Shown here in pieces: positions 9,392-17,338 of a stretch of 64,000 nt of DNA (the stretch's first letter is position 1; each line of letters starts with the position of its first letter). A program made the position numbers and the translations under genes. Below the pieces are notes generated by a model that worked only from the letters and a program-made list of their open reading frames with translations, was not told the DNA's origin and made no database searches. The stretch covers positions 124,001-188,000 of the IMG/VR virus record IMGVR_UViG_3300048924_000100; one strand, written 5' to 3'.

Positions 9392-10030
9392 ATGAGCACA
9401 CCAGAATACACGCCACCTGAGAGCGAAGATCTCAGTGGTAAAGCTACCAAGGAGACCACCGGTAAATCAGCCGCTAAAACTCCAGCCGTGGCCGCACCAG
9501 CCGCTACAAAGCAAGCACCAGCTGTGGTAGAGGCTACTTTCCAGGAACCGGTTATGGTAGTCGGTATTGGCAAGATGCTGAACGCCAAGGGCGACGCCAC
9601 TACTGACGTCATGGTTGCGCGCATTGAGCGCCACATGCAGTTCCTCTCCGGCAACAAGCGCTACAAGAACAAAGCCGAAGAACAGGAAGAGCAGATCAGT
9701 TTCATTGAAACGGTCGGTAACTCCCTGCGTCTCGACTTCGATCAGTTCGTTGTGGTAACTGACGACCTGCTCAACATCATCCGTCAGAACCGTGACGTCT
9801 TCGACGGTGGCCTGACGTTCCGCCACACCGTTGGTCTGGATCGTAAGTATCCTGTTCAGACCATCCGACTGTACCACACGTACATGTCGTTCCTGGCCAT
9901 GGTTGCCAAGAACTGGGAGTCGCGGTACAAGTTGCACACGCTCATCGATCTGGCCAGTGTCATTACTGACCTGAACAAGAAGGGTAAAGAAAACGTTACC
10001 CAGTACTTCCGCTACCTGACCAACGTCTAA
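9392..10030 (+). CDS. Conserved hypothetical protein (212 aa)
   Basis: Clean ORF with phage codon bias and a low-complexity T/A/K/P N-terminus. Confidence 0.75.
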   Translation: MSTPEYTPPESEDLSGKATKETTGKSAAKTPAVAAPAATKQAPAVVEATFQEPVMVVGIGKMLNAKGDATTDVMVARIERHMQFLSGNKRYKNKAEEQEEQISFIETVGNSLRLDFDQFVVVTDDLLNIIRQNRDVFDGGLTFRHTVGLDRKYPVQTIRLYHTYMSFLAMVAKNWESRYKLHTLIDLASVITDLNKKGKENVTQYFRYLTNV

Positions 10031-10080
10031 CCCACCGCCGTCAATTCACCAACCACCCCCTCCTTGCAAGGAAAGAAGAA

Positions 10081-11178
10081 ATGGAATATGTAGAAGGCTC
10101 CTACCAACCTGACGGCGCCGGTTTTGGCATTCCTGATGTCCCACACGTCGAGATCATGTTCGATGCTCTGAACGACACTGCTGAGCAGATGGACGTAGCA
10201 GGCACCGAATCCCTCAGCCTGACCGCCGCTCAACACTACGCCCAGGGCGTGCTGATGTCTGCTGGTATCGTTACTGGTTCGCAAGTAGCTGGTACCGAAG
10301 GCGTGTTCTCGGCCATCGGCGACGGTTTCAAAGCTGTCTGGGAATACATCACCAAAACCCTGAAGTCGATCTGGGACTTCTTCTTCAACCGTGACAGCGC
10401 CAAAGACGCTGAAGTGGCCAAAGAAGCCTGCGCCGAGAACGCCGCTGAGTTGCAAGCAGCTGCTGCCGGTACCCAGGACGAAGCCACTGCTGACAAGCAA
10501 CTGAACGCTATGGCGACAGCTGCTGGTGGCGAAGGTGGTGACAAGGGCGTGGCTGAAGAAATCGCCAAGGGCAAGAAAGGCACTCTCGCTGAGAAGCGTG
10601 CTGCGGTCAAGGCTGCTCTGAAAGAAATGCCGAAGATGAACAAGAAGGCAGCTGCCGTCTTGAAGAAAGCGGTTGACGCTGCTGTTAAGGCGAAGAAAGC
10701 GTTCCTCGTTGACTTCACTTCTGCTCAAGGCCCTAAAGGCGGTAAAGAAGCTGCTGCTCACATGGCCAGCAACCAGGAGTTCACCGACGTTATTGCCGAC
10801 ATGGGTTCGGAAACTCTGAAGTTCACTTCCCGTGACGCTCAGTTCCTGACCAAGCTGGAACACGCGATCGACATCAAAGATGCCAACGCCGCCATCCAGT
10901 TCAGCAAAGACTGCGCTGCCAACATCGTATCCCTGAAAGCGTTCTCCGACGTCTTCAAGGGCATGAAGGGCAAGATCGATAAACTTCTGTCCACTGCAGA
11001 AGCCAAGATGAAGAAAGCGAAAGAAGCCAAAGACAAGGCCGAATTGCAGAAAGACATCGCCGCGCTGCGTACCATCACTACCGGTCTGGTTCGTGTATCG
11101 AAACTGATCGAAGCGAACTACAGCCGCGTGACCGAAGCGTCCAAAGCACTGAACCATGTGTTCGGTATTGCTGCTTAA
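10081..11178 (+). CDS. Head ejection/inner-body family protein (365 aa)
   Basis: Acidic propeptide with AGTE sites, then amphipathic GVFSAIGDGFKAVWEYITKTLKSIWDFFF and an Ala/Lys-rich helical body. Paralogous to the C-terminal half of 29240..30667. Confidence 0.7.
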   Translation: MEYVEGSYQPDGAGFGIPDVPHVEIMFDALNDTAEQMDVAGTESLSLTAAQHYAQGVLMSAGIVTGSQVAGTEGVFSAIGDGFKAVWEYITKTLKSIWDFFFNRDSAKDAEVAKEACAENAAELQAAAAGTQDEATADKQLNAMATAAGGEGGDKGVAEEIAKGKKGTLAEKRAAVKAALKEMPKMNKKAAAVLKKAVDAAVKAKKAFLVDFTSAQGPKGGKEAAAHMASNQEFTDVIADMGSETLKFTSRDAQFLTKLEHAIDIKDANAAIQFSKDCAANIVSLKAFSDVFKGMKGKIDKLLSTAEAKMKKAKEAKDKAELQKDIAALRTITTGLVRVSKLIEANYSRVTEASKALNHVFGIAA

Positions 11179-11214
11179 TAACGTCTGTAAGGCGTTCTGA
11201 GCATCGATCGTGAA

Positions 11215-11262
11215 TAAACCCTCCTACTCCCCGTCAAAGGGAGTAGGAGGGTTTATAGCTGC
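11215..11262. terminator. Bidirectional terminator hairpin plus TATAGCTGC
   Basis: TAAACCCTCCTACTCCC-CGTCAAA-GGGAGTAGGAGGGTTTA between convergent genes. Confidence 0.85.
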
Positions 11263-11263
11263 T

Positions 11264-13135
11264 TTACGCCGCTTCTTTCAATACTTCTGGTAATACTTGT
11301 GCTTGTCGTGCTTCACGTTCTGCTTTGGCTTTCTCTGCACTTTCACGCAGTTGCTTCAACATGTCCCCCATACCCAGTTCTTCCAGACCTTTCTCGAAGT
11401 CGGATTGCAGGTTGTCTGCTTGTGGGAAACGGAACAGGTCATGACCCAAGCCCATGGCATTCGCCTGAGTACTGCTGGCATAGTTCACGGCTATCTCCCG
11501 GAACTTCATGTCGTTAGCACCCTGAATGGCATAGACCTCCATCTGAGTCGTTTTGTTACTGACGTTATCGGCCAGTGTACCTGTTGGGTAAGCACCTTCA
11601 ACGTCAAGGTCAGACGTGCTACCACGACCCGAACTGAGTACATCGTCCAGACCAATAAACATCGCTCGGCCCATGTCTGCGTTCTTCTCAGTATCGAGGA
11701 GGGCAATCCAGTTGTCGAGGGTTGGTAGACGATCAGTAAAGGTCTTGTCACGTTTAGACGGCGTACTGCCCCAGACGTAACCATGCTCACGTGCAAGGAA
11801 CGACAGGGTGTCCGAGATCAGACGTGGCTGTGAAACAAAGTTGAAGTATTCCGAATAACGCAACAGCATTGGAATCGACAGCGAGAAGTCAAGCGTTTTC
11901 TCGTTGATCTCTTCAATAGGCCAGTTGTCGGCGATGTTGTACATCGAATACAGGTAAGGATGGTCCTTCTGCATATATCGATGCCACTGACCCGAGCCTG
12001 GACCCTTGCTCATGCCCTCTTCGGTATACAGCTTACCCTTGACCTCTTCACGAGTAGCAATGGCCTCCAGCGAGTAACCCTCGAGCTTACCCGACGAGAA
12101 ACGTTTAATAGCATAACCCGACATAGCGTCAGCCCATTGCCACTTAGCCGGAGTACGAACCGTTGGAAACTTCTCTTGTGGTTCCAGAGGCGTCTTGTCG
12201 CCGTTCTCCTTGATCTTGTGCGTACGACCAAGGTTCAGCTCGTAACTGCGATACTCTTTCGGTACCGATGGATCACTGTAGACGTCTGCGAGGTTATAAC
12301 CTTCACACCTGAGAGCGCGTTCACAGGCTTCCATGTCATAACCAGCGTTCCAGCTCAGTACCCAGTCCGGCTCCCATTCGTGGAACTTCTGAATGCACGC
12401 AAAAGCAATCTGACCAGGAGTATCGAACAACTCATACTCGATCACACACTTGCGACGGTCAACGTGTTCCTGGAGGTATTTCTCTTCAGCTGCTTTTAAC
12501 CGAGCAATGATATCAGCATCAGTTAATTTAACCTTGGGGTCAATCCTGTCCTGACGACTCTGGAACCAGCTGCGTTGTCCTGCCCAGTAAGCTTTACCCT
12601 TCATAGTGACCGAGGCCATCATGATTGGCTTGACTTCACCCGGAAACTCCATATCCGCTTCAACGTCGAACGCTGCTACCGAATAGGGTTCCTTTTCCTG
12701 ATACTCTGCGTACTTCTTAAAGAACTGTTGCTTGAAGTGCACCGGTGTGGTCTGGTCCAAACCAAACACGTACTGGATACCCTTGCCCGACTTGACGTCA
12801 TAGATCGTTGCACCGCGGTCAGCTACCCCAAATAGCTGCTTGCGTACTTCAAACGGAATGTCACGACGGGTGCTGCGGTATTCACGGCAGTAACGTTCTT
12901 CCAGATAGTCTTTAGGCTGGTTGAACTTGCGATGCTGCTCTTTGACCAGGTGCCAAGGCTGCTTATAGTTCTCGTAAGACTGGAACACATTGCTGCGACT
13001 TCCGTCTTCGTGAATGTTGGTAATCTTTGCACTCAGCAAGTCTTTGCTCTTGTCAAAACGATGCTCTGTGTAGATGGCATGTTTGCAGACACGAGCAATA
13101 ATAGGTGATAGGTTTTCTGCGACAGTTTGTGTCAT
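11264..13135 (-). CDS. Split family-B DNA polymerase, 3'-5' exonuclease plus motif-A half (phiKZ gp82-like)
   Basis: ExoI FDVEAD, ExoII WNAGYD, ExoIII YNIAD and pol motif A SDLDVEGAYP. No motif B or C follows, as expected for the split PolB of phiKZ-like phages. Start ATG 13135 (AGGA RBS); 13150 is possible. Confidence 0.85.
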   Translation of the reverse strand: MTQTVAENLSPIIARVCKHAIYTEHRFDKSKDLLSAKITNIHEDGSRSNVFQSYENYKQPWHLVKEQHRKFNQPKDYLEERYCREYRSTRRDIPFEVRKQLFGVADRGATIYDVKSGKGIQYVFGLDQTTPVHFKQQFFKKYAEYQEKEPYSVAAFDVEADMEFPGEVKPIMMASVTMKGKAYWAGQRSWFQSRQDRIDPKVKLTDADIIARLKAAEEKYLQEHVDRRKCVIEYELFDTPGQIAFACIQKFHEWEPDWVLSWNAGYDMEACERALRCEGYNLADVYSDPSVPKEYRSYELNLGRTHKIKENGDKTPLEPQEKFPTVRTPAKWQWADAMSGYAIKRFSSGKLEGYSLEAIATREEVKGKLYTEEGMSKGPGSGQWHRYMQKDHPYLYSMYNIADNWPIEEINEKTLDFSLSIPMLLRYSEYFNFVSQPRLISDTLSFLAREHGYVWGSTPSKRDKTFTDRLPTLDNWIALLDTEKNADMGRAMFIGLDDVLSSGRGSTSDLDVEGAYPTGTLADNVSNKTTQMEVYAIQGANDMKFREIAVNYASSTQANAMGLGHDLFRFPQADNLQSDFEKGLEELGMGDMLKQLRESAEKAKAEREARQAQVLPEVLKEAA

Positions 13136-13148
13136 GATTTTATCCTGC

Positions 13149-13156
13149 ATTTTATG
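13149..13156 (+). promoter_or_regulatory. Candidate late promoter for the head operon
   Basis: ATTTTATG followed by palindrome TAGCGCTA, the same pairing seen upstream of the capsid gene. Confidence 0.4.
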
Positions 13157-13218
13157 CCCGCTTTTAGCGCTATATCAATGGCGTCCCAGTATTAAATATC
13201 TTTGAGGAGTACAGGTGC

Positions 13219-14598
13219 ATGATCTCAATGGACTTTTTGAAACGACCCGTCGGAGGGTTGGAGTTCATTAACTTCCAGTCTTCTGACTTTTATCGCAAGA
13301 TGGTGACATTCCTCGAAAGTCAGATTAGTCCCGACGGTGTTCTGAGTAAAGAAGCCATTCCTGGCATCAAATCCCTCATCGAGGAATACACTGGCTTCAA
13401 GAACATCGACATGAAGCTATCCAACAGCGGTAACTTCTCTGTTGACGTTGGCTACTTCTCCCCCAACCACGTGTTCAATCACCAGTTGGCGGATGAGCTG
13501 CTGAAACCTACTCAGTCGACCCTGTACCGCTGGTTTACCCAGAACAAGGACAAGGTGTTCAAAGGTGGGATTGATTACTCGACAGGTAAAGTACAAGGTA
13601 GCTTCCAGACCTTGCCTGTTACCTTCCTGATCAACCCGGATCTCAGCGCCACCTTCCCAGCCGACAAGATAAAGAAGTTCGGCGTTCCGTTGGCAGGTAT
13701 CTTGGCGGGTGCGATTGCCCACGAATGCGGTCACGTGTTCAGCGGTTGCATGATGCTGCTCACAGTCGCGTCTGACAACCTTTATCTGAAAGCCTCCCTG
13801 CAGTACTACCGTGGGGCCAACGACGCCTCAGATCGCGTTGTAGTGCTCAAGGACATCGCTTCGCTGCTGGACGTTCCGCCTGCTAAACAGGGTGAGCTGC
13901 AAAAGCTGGCACAAGACCAAGATGACAAAACCCTCTTCCTCTACTTCGACAAATTAATCGCCCAACGTAATATGCGACGCAGTTTGTCGGTTGGGGTAGA
14001 GGCCATGTCCTCTGAAGTTGTGGCCGATATGTACGCCATTCGTATGGGTTGCGAGAAGGGCGTTATCGCGGCTATCGGTATCCTGACTGACCAGGGTTGC
14101 ATCCAGACCGTGGTCAATGGCCTGCTGATCGCTGCTGTGGTAACCCTCGTTGCGCTGCCGGGTTGGATCGCTCTGACCGTCACCATGGGTATTGCAGGAG
14201 CACTGTTCACGGCGATGGTCTTCTACATGTTCATCTTCGTCATGAGCTACTTCAGTAAAGGCTACTCGGGTGTCTACAACGCCGACCATCGTCGTTTCGA
14301 AGATGCTGTGCGTCAGTTGATCCAGAAGCTGAAAGAAGACACCTCGATGCCAGAGAAAGACAAACTCGCTTTGGCAAACGAAGTGCAAGATCTGTTGGTG
14401 CATGCCAACAATCTGCGTCCTTGGTATGAGAGTACCGTGATCCACCGCTTCATGGGTTGGGTGTTCAGCCAGGCTGACTTCAAAGCCCAAGAAGTTGAAC
14501 ACTACACTTCCGTGATTGCCAACCACGAGGTGAATACCATTGCTGTCAAACTGGCCAACCTGAAAGCTCGTCGTGATCCGGAAGGTATCGAAGCTTAA
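13219..14598 (+). CDS. Virion-type membrane-associated zinc metallopeptidase (phiKZ gp84-like by position)
   Basis: HExxH (IAHECGHVF), distal SEVVADMYA third-ligand motif, long hydrophobic segment LLIAAVVTLVALPGWIALTVTMGIAGALFTAMVFYMFIFVMSYF, and GGLE near the N-terminus. Confidence 0.7.
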   Translation: MISMDFLKRPVGGLEFINFQSSDFYRKMVTFLESQISPDGVLSKEAIPGIKSLIEEYTGFKNIDMKLSNSGNFSVDVGYFSPNHVFNHQLADELLKPTQSTLYRWFTQNKDKVFKGGIDYSTGKVQGSFQTLPVTFLINPDLSATFPADKIKKFGVPLAGILAGAIAHECGHVFSGCMMLLTVASDNLYLKASLQYYRGANDASDRVVVLKDIASLLDVPPAKQGELQKLAQDQDDKTLFLYFDKLIAQRNMRRSLSVGVEAMSSEVVADMYAIRMGCEKGVIAAIGILTDQGCIQTVVNGLLIAAVVTLVALPGWIALTVTMGIAGALFTAMVFYMFIFVMSYFSKGYSGVYNADHRRFEDAVRQLIQKLKEDTSMPEKDKLALANEVQDLLVHANNLRPWYESTVIHRFMGWVFSQADFKAQEVEHYTSVIANHEVNTIAVKLANLKARRDPEGIEA

Positions 14599-14627
14599 CC
14601 ATTCCCCTCCTTGCAAGGAACTCTACC

Positions 14628-15023
14628 ATGTCGCACTTGATCCACGTTCTTGAATACAAGAAAGCCCTGACCGAAAAAGGTATCACCTGCCCGATCGAAC
14701 AGAGCAAGCTGCTGGCCGAACCTTTCGCTCGCGCACTGATCCGCCGTTCGTACCGTGTTGGTGGCTGGACCACCGAGATGGATGAGAAGGCTTGGGCTCA
14801 GCTCGACAAGTGGAACAACGTGTCGCCTATCCCAGCGCCTCTGATCCACAAGACCGCCCAGGTTCGCATCGGCATGATCAACGGTGCCATGATGACCACT
14901 GGTACCCTGCCGTGCAAGAGCGGCTTCACCACTGTCGTTAACGACGTTGACGTAGGCGAACTGCCTGCTTGCACCGTCCTGACCGATTACCTGGTAAAAG
15001 AGCTGGAGGCTAACCGTGAGTGA
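14628..15023 (+). CDS. Conserved hypothetical, probable virion protein (131 aa)
   Basis: AAGGA RBS; located in the structural operon. Confidence 0.7.
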   Translation: MSHLIHVLEYKKALTEKGITCPIEQSKLLAEPFARALIRRSYRVGGWTTEMDEKAWAQLDKWNNVSPIPAPLIHKTAQVRIGMINGAMMTTGTLPCKSGFTTVVNDVDVGELPACTVLTDYLVKELEANRE

Positions 15024-16530
15024 TCCAGCTACTACTAGCATCGACGAGTACCAACAGATCGGTAACTCGAGCCCAGTTGATTCCTATCAGCCAGGCGAAA
15101 ACAAACAACGGGTAGACCTGACGGAATACTACCAGGTCAGTGATCAGAACAACGCGACTGTTATGGTCATGGGTTCTGAAGAGCTGGCCCTCGGTCGTCT
15201 CTCCAAGCAGGTGGCTCGTCACCTTAAACTGCAGGGCGTTGAGAAGTATGACCCGTTTCCTTCGGAGCGTAATGCTCGCATGGGTGCTGAGGGTTTCTTC
15301 AGCGCTATCTACGAGGGCTTCAAGACCTTCGTTGAAACCATTATCAAATATATCCGTATGGCTATCGACTGGGTTGTCGACATGGTCAAGGGTATCTTTG
15401 GTTTCCGCAAAAGTGAGCGGATCACCAAGGCCATCGATGATTCACTGCCAGCACTGAAGAAAGAGTTCGAAGACACGCTGATCAGCTTCGGTTTCAACAT
15501 TGCTGAATACAACGTCGAGAACTTCCTCGGTAACCTACCGGCTGGCCAGGATCGCGTTGCCCAGGTCCACTTGCTGAAGAACAGGCTTGATGGCGATATC
15601 GAGCAGATCAAGAAACTGGAAATGGCTATCCCGCTGATCCAGCAGATCAACGCCAAGATACATCAGGCAGGTGACAAGGTTACCCAGGCTCAGAAGAGAC
15701 TGAAGAAGGTTATCCTCGACGAGTACAACCGTTCGCGCGTTCGCGGCAAAGCGGGTGATCGTGTAGGCGGTGGGGATTCCTCCGAAGTACAGCAACTCTT
15801 CAAGGTCATCCTGGAAACATCGTTGTCTCTGGACGTTAAAGAAATCGCTGGCCTGATGCAGAAACTGTATAAGGATCTGTACAGCCTTGATTTCGCAAAC
15901 GACGAGCTGGCTAACAAGTTTGACCAGGTCCAGAACCGTCTGAAGGCCGAAGTGCAGAATGCCACTGCAACGGTCAAGGGTATCACTGTTAGCGAGACGC
16001 TGGTAACGATCCAGGCGCTCAACGTACGCTACCAGGAGCTGGCTGGCGACGAGTACGACATCTCGAAGGTCGACTGGAAGGCTATCGGCGGAATCATCGT
16101 TAAAGATGATGCTGAGAAGATCTCCCACATGGCCGGGTACTACAACACACCAGGCTTGCTCGCTGCTTATCAGGAGTTGTCGGTTGATATCCGCAACTAC
16201 ACTCAGTGCTGCTACAGCATCAGCAAGGAAGTACTGCGTGTTGAGAAGCAGATCGTTAGTTTGGTTGAGTGGTACGGTCGCATTCACTGCTACTACTACA
16301 ACGGCGTGATAGGCGACATCGATGCGTGCCAGAAAGTGGCCGCTGAAGCTCGCGCCAAGGGCCTCAGCCCAATCGTCACTGCCCAGACCTTTATCAGGGA
16401 CGCGGACGCCAAAACGTTCTTCGAGAAACTGACAGCTAACGTTAACTTAGCCGTTGAACATGACATTGGTGGGTTGAAGACTAGCATCAACAACTTCACC
16501 AAACAAATCGGGGCAGGTAAATTGCTATGA
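15016..16530 (+). CDS. Head protein of ejection family (phiKZ gp86-like by position)
   Basis: GTG start with GGAGG RBS; RMGAE followed by amphipathic GFFSAIYEGFKTFVETIIKYIRMAIDWV. Confidence 0.7.
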   Translation: MSDPATTSIDEYQQIGNSSPVDSYQPGENKQRVDLTEYYQVSDQNNATVMVMGSEELALGRLSKQVARHLKLQGVEKYDPFPSERNARMGAEGFFSAIYEGFKTFVETIIKYIRMAIDWVVDMVKGIFGFRKSERITKAIDDSLPALKKEFEDTLISFGFNIAEYNVENFLGNLPAGQDRVAQVHLLKNRLDGDIEQIKKLEMAIPLIQQINAKIHQAGDKVTQAQKRLKKVILDEYNRSRVRGKAGDRVGGGDSSEVQQLFKVILETSLSLDVKEIAGLMQKLYKDLYSLDFANDELANKFDQVQNRLKAEVQNATATVKGITVSETLVTIQALNVRYQELAGDEYDISKVDWKAIGGIIVKDDAEKISHMAGYYNTPGLLAAYQELSVDIRNYTQCCYSISKEVLRVEKQIVSLVEWYGRIHCYYYNGVIGDIDACQKVAAEARAKGLSPIVTAQTFIRDADAKTFFEKLTANVNLAVEHDIGGLKTSINNFTKQIGAGKLL

Positions 16531-17273
16531 GCCGAGAAGCCATGTGGGAAGAGATCGTCAAACTGAAGGATGTGGCTATTGTCACTACCCAGACGTACAC
16601 CGACGAACTCGATGCTCTGATTGCAGCAATGGATGAGGAGGGTCTTCCTCTGCCTGTTGCAACAAAGATCATCCGGGGTATCTGGGGTACCAGCTCTCGC
16701 GCTAACGCTTTGATGGTGCGTTTGTCGGACTGTTTCCCTGAGACCAACAAGGAAGTGGTGCTGTACGCAGGTCTGCCTATCCAGGAGGCTCGCAAGCAGT
16801 TGGGTCAGTTGGATGAGTCTAAGGACTACTTCAAGCTGATCTACACCTACATCAGCGACGCGGTCAACACGACCATGCAGCAGTTGGTGGACGCTGGCTT
16901 TACTGTTGACGCTCAGGCACGACTGAACGAGTTCCGTTGCGAGGTATTGCAGTACGCCGCGTACACGGATAGCTACTTCTACGAGGTTGAACCGTCGCTG
17001 CGTGATGGCACGGTAACTTCGTGGGATCAGCTCACTCGTGTTCCGGATATCGTGATCAACGGGGACTACCTGTTCGTCAACGACTTCAAGGAAACCCTGG
17101 CTAAGGCCCACGATACCTATCTGGAGAGTGCTTTCTATCCAGATCTGAAGATGTCGGGCTACAGCCTCAAGGACTTCTCCTGGCGTACCAGCGACATGAC
17201 CAGCAAGATTCAGATGCCGTTCCTGTTCGCACAGCACCTCAACGCGAAGTACCCTGCTGTATCTGCTGAATAA
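16527..17273 (+). CDS. Hypothetical protein (248 aa)
   Basis: ATGA overlap with the previous gene; ends before a terminator. Confidence 0.75.
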   Translation: MSREAMWEEIVKLKDVAIVTTQTYTDELDALIAAMDEEGLPLPVATKIIRGIWGTSSRANALMVRLSDCFPETNKEVVLYAGLPIQEARKQLGQLDESKDYFKLIYTYISDAVNTTMQQLVDAGFTVDAQARLNEFRCEVLQYAAYTDSYFYEVEPSLRDGTVTSWDQLTRVPDIVINGDYLFVNDFKETLAKAHDTYLESAFYPDLKMSGYSLKDFSWRTSDMTSKIQMPFLFAQHLNAKYPAVSAE

Positions 17274-17279
17274 GCTGTA

Positions 17280-17337
17280 CCGGCCATACCTACCCTACTT
17301 CCTTTGCGGGAAGTAGGGTAGGGAGGCTTATAGCTGC
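17280..17337. terminator. Bidirectional terminator with TATRGC motifs on both sides
   Basis: Stem CCTACCCTACTTCC/GGAAGTAGGGTAGG (17289-17322); TATAGCTGC on + at 17329 and TATGGCCGG on - at 17288. Confidence 0.85.
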
Positions 17338-17338
17338 T

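Noticed and set aside
11264-13135. DNA polymerase lacking motifs B and C, considered as a possible pseudogene
   Set aside because: A split PolB in two distant genes is established for phiKZ-like phages; the ORF is intact with complete exonuclease motifs.
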